Shown here: positions 1 through 8,533 of the stretch, piece after piece
Layout of the letters: the number at the start of each line of letters is the position of its first letter
Position numbering within the stretch: the first letter of the stretch is position 1
Assembly (NCBI GenBank): GCA_963735275.1
Contig: CAVTKJ010000007.1
Coordinates: 122,083 to 186,082 of the forward strand
Length of the DNA stretch: 64,000 bases
Source of the DNA: an uncultured Chloroflexia bacterium
GTDB lineage: Bacteria; Chloroflexota; Anaerolineae; Caldilineales; Caldilineaceae
Reading direction: 5' to 3'
Made by a program: the position numbers and the translations under genes
The notes under the pieces: generated by a model
Told to the model about the DNA's origin: nothing
The model's input: only the letters and a program-made list of their open reading frames with translations
Database searches by the model: none

Positions 1-2127
1 GTACACGGTGAACTCATCGCCGGACTGCGGCGTAATCTCGCGCGGGGCGCCGGTGCCATCGTTGTTGGCGCCGAGGAAGCCGTAGACCTGCGCCATTTCG
101 CCGTTCTTGAAGTAGAGACGGGCGTAGCGGTCCGGGCTGCCGTCGGCAAAGGTGTACATGCCGTCGACCGTGTACGTTGGCTCTTCGCCATAGGTGGCCG
201 GCGAGAAGAGTGTGCGAATTGACGTCGTGCCGTCGCTGATGGCATAGACCGTGGGCGACCACTCATAGGAGGCCGTGAAGGTGCCCTGCGGCCACTTGGG
301 GTAGGTGACTCCGCCGACCGTGGTCTCTTCGTCGGCAAAGAGATAGTCCTTGTCCTCGATGATCATGATGTCGTCTTCAGGCAGGAAGCGGCCGATGAAG
401 CTGTAGACGTAGCCGACTCGATCTCCGGTCACATCGGCTTCCACGGTCACTGGTGCGTCGGTGTAGGCGACTTCGGCCGAGAGGCGGATTGGCGACACCT
501 GAAGCGGTTTGCGCTGCACGACGGGGAGACCGAACGCGGTTGCCGGCGCTGCACTCAGCAGCCCCTGATCCAGCAAGGCCGCGGCAAGATCCTGGTCCAT
601 CTGGTAATTGTCGACGAGCGACTGTGCAATCTCCTCGGCCGAGAGGCCTTGCTCGATTTGCGCGGCGACGTCATCCTGCAGCACCCGCACCAGTTCGGGG
701 TCAATGTCGGGCACAAGCGCCTGCATCGCCGCAGCGAAGGGCGACGTGGGGCGCACGGGAGCCGCCGCGGGGACGTCGCCGGCGCTGAAGGCGAGGAACT
801 CATCCCACTGCGTCTCCTCGGAAAAGCGCGCGGCCACGGTGGCATAGCCCAGGTTGTCCTCAATGTCGTACATCTTGCGCACGGGGAAGTAGAGAGCGAT
901 TCCCGTGGAGCCGGGTTTGCTGTCGCCGTGCTTCTCGGCAATCACCGCAGCCTGGATCGCAGCATCGAGTTGCTGCGCGGCCGCAAGTACGGCGGGATCT
1001 TCGGTCCGGCTCTGGATTAGTTCGGAGAAGTGGCCCAGGTCGATATAGGGCGAAGGCAGATCATCGCCAAAGACGGACTCGTAGGACTGGGCATAGGTGC
1101 GCGCCTCGGCCACGGAGTTCTGGTTCATCGTCTTGAGTGCGGCGGCAAAGTCGTCGAGCGCGGCGTTGAGAGGTGCGATCGCCCCCAGATCGACAGCAGT
1201 CAGCGTCGAATCGGGCATGATTTCGGCCGCGGCCTGTGCGCGTGTCAGATTGCCCACATAGGAGGGGTCGCTCAGGCGCAGGTCCTCATCGATATAGGTC
1301 GCGACAATTTCGCCGGCAAGTTCATCGCCGCCCATTGCCGGGTCGGCGACAAGTTTGCTCAGGAAGCCCGCGTAGGCCCAGCCCAGCCCTGGTTCCGTCT
1401 CCTCGGACGCAACGGAGTAGAGCGCATGGGGGGCGATAGCCGTGTAGACCTCAAGCTGGCTCATCAAGCATGCGTCAAAACCAATGACGTCAAAATAGTC
1501 AAGACCCAGGTCGCTCCGCACCTCGCCGAGCGCCTTGTCGAGTTCCATGAGCCAAAGATTGTCGTCAAAGTACTGGGAGAGAAAGATATTGTCAGGGCCG
1601 GCGCCGCCCGGGTCAGGGTCGCTCCAACCACCGGGCCAACCGGCGCCGTGGTCGGAGAGGATCAACATGCGTTTTTGCGCCGGGTAACTCGTTACCGCCC
1701 ACTCGATGAAGTCCTTGAGCGTCGAACCGTCCGCCATGTTGACTTCGCCCAGGTCCTCGAGTTGCGTGGAGCCAATGCTGCTCAAGTCGCTGTCTTTGGT
1801 AATCATGAATCGTTTGGCGCTTGTGAAGTCGTCCATGCCGGTAAACGCGCCATTGAAGCGATCCGTCTGCGCCACAATGGTGACGCGGTCCGTCGAGCCG
1901 ATGGTCTCCGCTTCCTGGAGGTCGATCATCATGTCCTCTTCAAGGATGTTGTCGTCAGCGTCGCTGTAGATCATGATGAGCCAATCGGATTCATCTGTCT
2001 GGGCGGCGGCGGTTGCCGGCGGCGCGGCGAGCGCGACGATCGGATTCAGGGTGAGGACCAGCGCAGTCAACGCGATCAGCAGCCCACGCATACGCTTTAC
2101 GAAGATCGGCATAGTTCGGTCAGCCAT
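1..2127 (-). CDS. Clostripain-family (peptidase C11) secreted cysteine protease; C-terminus lies beyond base 1
   Basis: Absent from the ORF track because there is no stop in the window. My translation of the minus strand from ATG 2127 (GGAG 8 nt upstream) stays open for 709 codons to base 1. It has a signal-like MRGLLIALTALVLTLNPIVALAAPP. It then has WLIMIYSDADDN, ILSDHGAGWPGGW (His block) and VIGFDACLMSQ (Cys block), typical of C11. The listed + ORF 1030..2265 is its antisense shadow. Confidence 0.8.
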   Translation of the reverse strand, partial: MADRTMPIFVKRMRGLLIALTALVLTLNPIVALAAPPATAAAQTDESDWLIMIYSDADDNILEEDMMIDLQEAETIGSTDRVTIVAQTDRFNGAFTGMDDFTSAKRFMITKDSDLSSIGSTQLEDLGEVNMADGSTLKDFIEWAVTSYPAQKRMLILSDHGAGWPGGWSDPDPGGAGPDNIFLSQYFDDNLWLMELDKALGEVRSDLGLDYFDVIGFDACLMSQLEVYTAIAPHALYSVASEETEPGLGWAYAGFLSKLVADPAMGGDELAGEIVATYIDEDLRLSDPSYVGNLTRAQAAAEIMPDSTLTAVDLGAIAPLNAALDDFAAALKTMNQNSVAEARTYAQSYESVFGDDLPSPYIDLGHFSELIQSRTEDPAVLAAAQQLDAAIQAAVIAEKHGDSKPGSTGIALYFPVRKMYDIEDNLGYATVAARFSEETQWDEFLAFSAGDVPAAAPVRPTSPFAAAMQALVPDIDPELVRVLQDDVAAQIEQGLSAEEIAQSLVDNYQMDQDLAAALLDQGLLSAAPATAFGLPVVQRKPLQVSPIRLSAEVAYTDAPVTVEADVTGDRVGYVYSFIGRFLPEDDIMIIEDKDYLFADEETTVGGVTYPKWPQGTFTASYEWSPTVYAISDGTTSIRTLFSPATYGEEPTYTVDGMYTFADGSPDRYARLYFKNGEMAQVYGFLGANNDGTGAPREITPQSGDEFTVY

Positions 2128-2415
2128 CAGCTTTCTCCAGTTCCATTATGCGAATCCCGGGTTGCGGGTACAGTCGCGCCGCGAACAACGAGTTGCGCGG
2201 CTCTCCGTCGGTTTAGGTCTGCGATCGACAGCCAGGTGGTGCACTTGAGCAAACTGCAAGTATAGCGAACGCATCGCGTTGCACCAAACAGCATTCAGAC
2301 GCAGCAATGGTGCGAACTCCGGGCCATGCACGGCGGAAGTTGCGGCGCACCGGCTTGCCGGAGTACGCTTGCACCATCGTCATTTACAACCGAATCGTCA
2401 AGCGGGGAGGATCAG

Positions 2416-3516
2416 ATGCGTTTTGGGATCGTGGGCAGCGGTTGGCGCGTGCGCGCGCTCATGCGCGCGGCACGGGGTAGCGGAGGCCGTGTCGAGGTCG
2501 TGGGGCTTGCCGCGCGTACGCCGCAGCATGCCGCCGCGCTCGCCGACGAGTTCGGCGTTCCGGTCTACGAGACGCTGGCCGAACTGGCCGCGGGCGAATC
2601 GCCGGATTTTGTGCTGACAAGTGTTGCGTGGGATGCGAATCCCGGCATTGTGCTACAGGCCGTGGAACTTGGCCTGCCGGTGCTTTCCGAAACGCCGCCG
2701 GCCACGTCGCTGGAAGAGTTGCGGCAGATGTGGGCTCTCACCGAAAAGGGTGCGCGCATTCAGGTGGCGGAGCAATACTGGCTGCAGCCCCACCACGCCG
2801 CGCGCCTGGCGTTTGCACACAGCGGACGCATGGGCCGCATCAGCCAGGTGCAGATCTCGGCGGCGCATGGCTATCACGCCATCAGCCTCATGCGCCGCTT
2901 TCTAGGTGTTGCCGCCGAACTGCCGCGTGTCAGCGTCCGCAGCTTCTCGTCGCCTGTGGTGCGGGGCGCGGACACTGACGGCCCGCCTGCCCGCGAGGAG
3001 ACCATCGCTGACGAACAGACCATCGCCTACTTCGATTTTGGCGACCGCCTGGGGGTGCTCGACTTTGCCTCTGAACAGTACTTTTCGTTGATTCGCGGGC
3101 AGCGGCTGCTTGTGCGCGGCGATCGCGGCGAGATCATTGACGACCACGCCGCCTACCTGGCCGATTACGTCACCCCCATCGAGGTGACCTTCACGCGCCA
3201 CTCCGCCGGCCCGAACGGCAATCTGGAGGGCAATTTTCTCAAGGGCATCCAGGCGGGCGAACGCTGGTGGTACCGCAATCCCACCGCGCCGGCGGAACTC
3301 TCGGATGACGAGATAGCCATCGCCAGTCTGCTCGGGCGCATGGCAGACTATGTGCGCGGCGGTCCGCCCGCCTATTCGCTGGCGGAGGCTTGTCAGGATC
3401 GCTATTTCGATCTGTTGTGCGAAGAGGCGCTACGGACAGGTCAATCTGTGCAAGCGGAGGAACAGCCGTGGTCAACCGCGCTTGCGCGCGAGCAGGAGGC
3501 GCAGTCGGCCGCGTAA
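2416..3516 (+). CDS. Gfo/Idh/MocA-family NAD(P)-dependent oxidoreductase
   Basis: ORF 2326..3516; likely start is ATG 2416 after GGGGAGGA. Rossmann-type N-terminus MRFGIVGSGWR. LPVLSETPPA sits where the family EKP motif lies. The 366-aa length fits the family. Confidence 0.75.
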   Translation: MRFGIVGSGWRVRALMRAARGSGGRVEVVGLAARTPQHAAALADEFGVPVYETLAELAAGESPDFVLTSVAWDANPGIVLQAVELGLPVLSETPPATSLEELRQMWALTEKGARIQVAEQYWLQPHHAARLAFAHSGRMGRISQVQISAAHGYHAISLMRRFLGVAAELPRVSVRSFSSPVVRGADTDGPPAREETIADEQTIAYFDFGDRLGVLDFASEQYFSLIRGQRLLVRGDRGEIIDDHAAYLADYVTPIEVTFTRHSAGPNGNLEGNFLKGIQAGERWWYRNPTAPAELSDDEIAIASLLGRMADYVRGGPPAYSLAEACQDRYFDLLCEEALRTGQSVQAEEQPWSTALAREQEAQSAA

Positions 3517-3711
3517 CGCGCGCCATACAGGCATTTCGGAATGAATGCAGCGTCTTTCCCTGAGGCACTGCCGCAGTTTGGTGGGCTGCGATCGAGAACC
3601 ATAGGCGCAAAATGGGCAATGCTCAGGCTTCTGCGCTACAATGGACGCGACAACAGCGACCATTGCGCGCAATCCTGCGTGCCGCCAAACCACCCACAAA
3701 GAAACGAGAAG

Positions 3712-4636
3712 ATGGCCATGCGTACCATTCAACTGGGAACCAGTTCACTTCAAGTACCTGTCATCGCCGTTGGCTGCATGCGCCTTGACGGCCTCAGCAA
3801 GCAAGAGGCCCACAACTTCGTGCACGCCTCGATGGACCTCGGCCTGAATTTCTTCGACCATGCCGACATCTACGGCGGGGGCGCCTGCGAGGAGATCTTC
3901 GCCGAAGCCATTGACATGAATGCCACCGTGCGCGAAACGATGATGCTTCAATCCAAGGTCGGCATCCGCAAGACGTCGCACGACTTCTCCAAGGAGCACA
4001 TCCTCAGCGCAACCGACGGCATCCTCAAGCGGCTGCGCACCGATTACATTGACGTCCTGCTGCTCCATCGCGCCGACGCGCTGCTGGAGCCCGAGGAGAT
4101 TGCCGAAGCCTTTGACCAGTTGGAGAGTTCCGGCAAGGTGCGCAATTTCGGCGTCTCCAACCAAACGCCCATGCTCATGGATCTGGTGCGCAGGTACGTC
4201 AAGCAGCCCATTGTCGCCAACCAGCTGCAACTGAGCATCACAAACGCCACAATGATCTCCGCAAGACCTCAACATGAACATCGGGATTGATGGCGCCGTG
4301 GATCGTGACGGCGGCGTGCTCAACTACTGCCGCATCCATGACATCACAGTGCAGCCCTGGTCGCCCTTCCAGTATGGCTTCTTTGAGGGCGTCTTCCTCG
4401 ACAATCCCAAGTTCCCCGAGCTCAACGCCGCAATTGACGAGATTGCGCAGAAGTATGGCGTCTCGAACACAACCATCACGATGGCATGGCTGCTGCGCCA
4501 CCCGGCCAAGATGCAGCCGGTGACGGGCACGATGAACATCGGCCGCCTCACCGATTGCGCCAAGGCAGCCGACGTGAACCTGACGCGCGAGGAGTGGTAC
4601 GCGATCTACCTGGCGGCAGGCAACACGCTGCCGTAG
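3712..4636 (+). CDS. Aldo/keto reductase, YdhF-like; frame broken once near 4263
   Basis: ORFs 3541..4290 and 4274..4636 are two halves of one AKR. Part 1 has LNFFDHADIYGGG, IDVLLLHRAD and KVRNFGVSN. Part 2 has ITVQPWSPF and AWLLRHPAKMQPVTG. Dropping one A at 4263/4264 restores ...NATMISADLNMNIGIDGAV.... Start is ATG 3712 (MAMRTIQLG). Confidence 0.8.
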
Positions 4637-4756
4637 GGGGTCCCGGAAAAGTACAAACAGTCTACGCGAAAGCAGCGCAAACAATAGGAAAAGCCACGTT
4701 TGTGTCTTTTCGTGTTGTCTCCGCTGCTTCTGCGTCCACGGCCCGGGGGTCGGCTC

Positions 4757-5437
4757 CTATCCAACCATCCCATGTGTACGTGCATAGTTCACAGCTTCCA
4801 ACCGGCTGTGGACCCCTAACTTGTGCAAAATGCGCTGAATGTGGTTGCGCACGGTGGGCACGCCTATGACAAGTGTCGCCGCAATCGTTTCGGTGGTGGC
4901 GCCCTGCACCAGTAGTTCGAGCACCTGGCACTCGCGCGCCGAGAGCAGGTTGGTTGGCCCAATCTCGTCAATACTGCGTTGGCTCATTTCACCGTGTACA
5001 TCGAACCGGCGCGCCCACGCCGCCACCTCCTTGGTGAAGAGTTCGGCTTGCCGTCTCGTTTCGATGTCGCGGAAGAGATGGATGAGCGCAACCGGCGCGT
5101 CGGTGTTGCCCGTGGGCACGCTCACACCGATGATGGTGAGGTTCACCCAGCGCCCTTGTCCCCCATGGGTGCGCACCTTGGCGTCAAAACTGGGCACCAA
5201 CTGGCCGCGCTGCGCGGCAATCAGCGGCATGCAACCCTGGCGGCAAACCAAGCAGTCTCCCGACGAGCGTCCCTTCACCACCTGGTAGCAGAGCATGCCG
5301 ATGGCGTCTTTGGCCGCGATGCCCACCAATTGCTCGGCGGCCGCGTTCCAGGCAATGATGCGCTGATGCTCGTCGACGACGTATGCGCCGTCGGCGGAGC
5401 GGTTGACCAGCTCCTGCAGAAAATCGAGGTCCGACAC
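4757..5437 (-). CDS. PAS-domain sensor fused to LuxR/FixJ-type HTH transcriptional regulator
   Basis: ORF 4757..5437. The N-terminal PAS-like region (VVDEHQRIIAWNAAAEQLVG) carries Cys50, Cys62, Cys65 and Cys69. The C-terminus LSARECQVLELLVQGATTETIAATLVIGVPTVRNHIQRILHKLGV is a classic LuxR HTH. Confidence 0.85.
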   Translation of the reverse strand: MSDLDFLQELVNRSADGAYVVDEHQRIIAWNAAAEQLVGIAAKDAIGMLCYQVVKGRSSGDCLVCRQGCMPLIAAQRGQLVPSFDAKVRTHGGQGRWVNLTIIGVSVPTGNTDAPVALIHLFRDIETRRQAELFTKEVAAWARRFDVHGEMSQRSIDEIGPTNLLSARECQVLELLVQGATTETIAATLVIGVPTVRNHIQRILHKLGVHSRLEAVNYARTHGMVG

Positions 5438-5682
5438 AGTTCCCTCTCAATCGGGCTGCTGATAAGAGCGCGATAGGGAGCATGGCCCCAGACGCTGCGG
5501 GTGACGGCAAGGTGGAGCGGCTGTACACGAGGCACCATTGTACCAAATTGCCTCGCCCACAGCGCACACACCGATTGGGCGCTGTGCGCACAGCTGCCCC
5601 GGCACGCGCATCGCCTCGAAACGCGAAATGCACCCTGCATTGTCAGCCTGGAGGCAGGCGAGGAGCGAGGTTACTGTACACG

Positions 5683-5721
5683 CGCAAACACAAAAGAGAA
5701 GGGCCCCGAAGGACCCTTCTC
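5683..5721 (-). terminator. Intrinsic terminator downstream of the decaheme cytochrome gene
   Basis: On the minus strand: GAGAAGGG-T-CC-TTCGG-GG-CCCTTCTC, an 8+2 bp stem with one bulge. It is followed by TTTTGTGTTT and lies 44 nt after the TAG at 5765-5767. Confidence 0.65.
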
Positions 5722-5764
5722 CTCGTCTTGCATCGATTGCCGGGGGAGCCGCTCCCCAGCTGCT

Positions 5765-8059
5765 CTACTGGCCGAAGAGCGACATGATCTGCTCGGTCAC
5801 GCTCTGGAGCATGCCCACAGGGTCATCGCCCGCTTCGACCATGTAGCCACCCTGCTTCATGTGCTGGTTGAGCGAGATGAGCGCACTGGCGTCATCCTCA
5901 TTGATCAACGTCGCGCGGTGACAGCCGCCGCAGGCCTTGGATGCAGGGCCGGTGACCATGGCGGGCACGTCACCAATGCTCCGGACTGTGCCGGTGATGG
6001 TGTCGGAGGCCGAGAGGATGCCGGGCAGTGACATGGCCTGGTCGGGCACGTTGTTCATGCCGGCAACGTGGCATGAGTTGCAGTTGGTAATACCGTGTGT
6101 CGGGTACGTTGTGCCGACGTGATGCTCGTAGTGCAGTGCCTGTACGGGGTCGGCAAAGTCAATGTCGCCGATGTCGAAGGCCTGGAACGAGTGAACGGCG
6201 TGAATGTAGGAATCGAGCGAACGTGACTGCATTTCCAGATGCGATGCGCCGCTCTTGTTGATGTGGCACATGCGGCAGACTGTCAAATTGCCGCCGTAGT
6301 CCGCCGAGTGGAAGGTGGTGGCCAGGGCGTCGTGGCAGTTGTTGCAGCCGTCAACCACATTGCCGATGGGGGCGAAGAAGTCATCCGCAAAGGCATTCGC
6401 GCCGAGGTCAAAGGTGCGTGAAGGTGCGTTGAGCGCCAGGGTGACGCCGTTTGCATCAACCAGTTCCGGCAGAACGCCGATTTCAACACGCTTGACGGTG
6501 CCGTCTGCAAGCAGGTCGGCCCATTGCGACATGTCGGCGGTCACTTCCCAACTGCCGCCCTCAGCCGAGACCGTTGTGAAGCGTGGGTGCTCAGCGCCCA
6601 CCACGTATTCAAGTGCGCGTTGGTCCTTGTTGTCGATGACGCCGTCGCCGTTGTCGTCAGTCAGCCGCTCATGCGCGCCCACGACGAAGTCCTTGGCGTC
6701 CCAGCCATAGAGTCCTACCATGACTGTGGGGGTAATCTGCGCCACGTCGAGGTCAGCAAGCGCTGCGTCCTGCACGGCGCTGAAGCCGACTGTCAGGATA
6801 CTGCCATCCAGCGTGGCGCTGTCAACGCTCACTGTGATGGCGTCGCTATAGCGCAGGCCGTCGCTCGTGTAGATTGCCTTGTCGAAGCCACTGTGGATTG
6901 CGTTCATCCCCGGTGTCTTCGAACCCGTCTCATGGCAGTCGGTGCAGGCATCGACATTTATGTCCACGTTCTCATGCTCGGGGACAGCGGCCATGATGCT
7001 GGTAAGCCCCAGGTTCGTGTTGCCAAGCTCTTCCGAGCCATTCATGGGGTGGCAACTGCGGCAGGTCTCGATGGTGAAGTTCTCATCCGACAGCGCCGTG
7101 TCGAGCTTGCCTTCGTGACAGGTTGCGCAATTGGCCATTGACTGCGGGTACGGGAACTCCATGGCGTGCGACATGTGCACGTCGTTCATGAGAGACGTCG
7201 TGTAGGCCATCTCCTCTTGCTGCTCGGGCGTCAACTCGACTTCGCCGGCAAGATACTGGGCCGCCAGCGCCGGATCTTCGACCAGCAGTTGCCACTCAAA
7301 ATGGCCGCCCTCGACGTTGTCCTGGTGGCAAGCCTTGCACGTCAGGAAATCGGTCGCAGGATCACCGCTCACCTGTGCATAGATGTATCCGTGCTTGAGG
7401 TACGGGTCGGTGTGGCACTTGACGCAGCCGGCGTCATTGGCAGCCGAGACGTAGTCAACACCGCCGCCTGTTTCAAGCAAGCCGGCAAAGGGATACTTGA
7501 CCAGTCGCACACGTGCGGGCAGTGTGCCAACCTGCTCGTCCGCGCCGAAGATGGTGATGAATCCGTCCACCTCGGTCAGATCGGGGATGTCGCCAACGAA
7601 GGTGCTGGTGTTGCCGCCGGCGCCGTCATAGCTCAAATCACCCAGCAGAGAGAGTCGTTCGGCGGGCGGATCGAACTGGAAAGCGCCGTCGCTGTAGGCT
7701 GCAAAGTAAATTGCCAGCGAATCCGCCTTGGCGGCGTTAAAGGGTTCGCCATCCTTGGTCATCTGGAAGGTGACGGTGTGCGTGCCGGTGGGCGCAAAGG
7801 TATAGGCCATGTCGGTGATCTGAATGACCCCATCCTGATACAACTCGTCGTAGCCCGCCTGATGCTCATCACCCGCGTCCTTGTGGCACGTTGCGCACGA
7901 TTCGGGCTGCACGCCGGGAATCATAACGGGCGTCTCCGCCGCGGGCGCCGGGGTATCCTGCGCGAATGCGGTGGCGGGCCCCATAGCGGACAGGAAAATG
8001 AGAGCTGCCGCCAGCACAAGCAGGCCGGTGCAGGCGATGATGATTTTGCGTGACGACAT
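5765..8059 (-). CDS. Secreted decaheme c-type cytochrome (764 aa)
   Basis: ORF 5765..8158; likely start is ATG 8059 (AAGGGGA upstream). Sec signal MSSRKIIIACTGLLVLAAALIFLSAMGPATAFA/QD. Ten CXXCH motifs at residues 55, 212, 241, 311, 333, 372, 572, 595, 660 and 710: CATCH, CVKCH, CKACH, CATCH, CRSCH, CTDCH, CNNCH, CRMCH, CNSCH, CGGCH. Confidence 0.9.
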   Translation of the reverse strand: MSSRKIIIACTGLLVLAAALIFLSAMGPATAFAQDTPAPAAETPVMIPGVQPESCATCHKDAGDEHQAGYDELYQDGVIQITDMAYTFAPTGTHTVTFQMTKDGEPFNAAKADSLAIYFAAYSDGAFQFDPPAERLSLLGDLSYDGAGGNTSTFVGDIPDLTEVDGFITIFGADEQVGTLPARVRLVKYPFAGLLETGGGVDYVSAANDAGCVKCHTDPYLKHGYIYAQVSGDPATDFLTCKACHQDNVEGGHFEWQLLVEDPALAAQYLAGEVELTPEQQEEMAYTTSLMNDVHMSHAMEFPYPQSMANCATCHEGKLDTALSDENFTIETCRSCHPMNGSEELGNTNLGLTSIMAAVPEHENVDINVDACTDCHETGSKTPGMNAIHSGFDKAIYTSDGLRYSDAITVSVDSATLDGSILTVGFSAVQDAALADLDVAQITPTVMVGLYGWDAKDFVVGAHERLTDDNGDGVIDNKDQRALEYVVGAEHPRFTTVSAEGGSWEVTADMSQWADLLADGTVKRVEIGVLPELVDANGVTLALNAPSRTFDLGANAFADDFFAPIGNVVDGCNNCHDALATTFHSADYGGNLTVCRMCHINKSGASHLEMQSRSLDSYIHAVHSFQAFDIGDIDFADPVQALHYEHHVGTTYPTHGITNCNSCHVAGMNNVPDQAMSLPGILSASDTITGTVRSIGDVPAMVTGPASKACGGCHRATLINEDDASALISLNQHMKQGGYMVEAGDDPVGMLQSVTEQIMSLFGQ

Positions 8060-8411
8060 GGCGTTTCCCCTTCTTGAGCAACTGCGATGACTACAATTGA
8101 ATAGTAACAATGACACTGCACAGCGATTACGATGTCTCAACAATAACTCTGGCACCAATCACTTCATTTGCGTGCGGGCTGCTGCACAAGCCGCAGACGC
8201 CGCAACCACTCTCGACATTTCAATCGGGGGGAGAAGCGCCCGACCTGCTGCGGGGATTTTGGAGATCGCTGCGAGGGTACACAAATAGAATCGCGCGCTG
8301 AGAGATCATGACAACATCACATTACCACGTTCAGCGGGCGCGCACATGAGCCAAATTCATCACGCGCGTAATCAAGTTGACCTAAAGTTATGGAGTGGGT
8401 GTCCATTGTCA

Positions 8412-8477
8412 ATAAAGCGAACGCGCATGGCGCAATGGGCAATTGAGTGCCCATTGCGCCATGCGCGTTCGCTTTAT
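8412..8477. repeat. Perfect 29-bp-stem palindrome (8-nt loop) flanked by 11-bp near-direct repeats
   Basis: Left arm ATAAAGCGAACGCGCATGGCGCAATGGGC (8412-8440), loop AATTGAGT, and an exact reverse complement at 8449-8477. Flanks are GTCCATTGTCA (8401-8411) and GTCCATTTACA (8478-8488), matching at 9/11. A second small hairpin, GGTCACG-N7-CGTGACC, lies at 8489-8509. Confidence 0.9.
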
Positions 8478-8533
8478 GTCCATTTACAGGTCACGTCGGG
8501 AACGTGACCTCAACTTCACCAACACACTTCGCC

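Noticed and set aside
1030-2265. 411-aa + strand ORF (MAQVDIGRRQ...) and neighbouring + ORFs at 453-1439
   Set aside because: These are antisense shadows of the clostripain-like gene. The sequence is low-complexity and Arg/Gly/Val-rich with no motifs. The minus strand gives a clean 709-codon reading frame with family motifs.
5742-5757. GGGGAGCCGCTCCCC palindrome just after the cytochrome stop as the terminator
   Set aside because: It has a one-nucleotide centre, so no loop can form. The real terminator candidate is the hairpin with T-tract at 5683-5721.
7166-8053. 295-aa + ORF inside the cytochrome gene
   Set aside because: It is antisense to a gene with ten CXXCH motifs. Long open antisense frames are expected at this G+C, and it has no RBS or motif.
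8032-8059. Lipobox-like IIAC at residues 7-10 of the cytochrome
   Set aside because: The Cys is only 10 residues from the start, with almost no preceding hydrophobic region. A standard Sec signal with an AFA/Q cleavage site follows, so a lipoprotein call is not supported.
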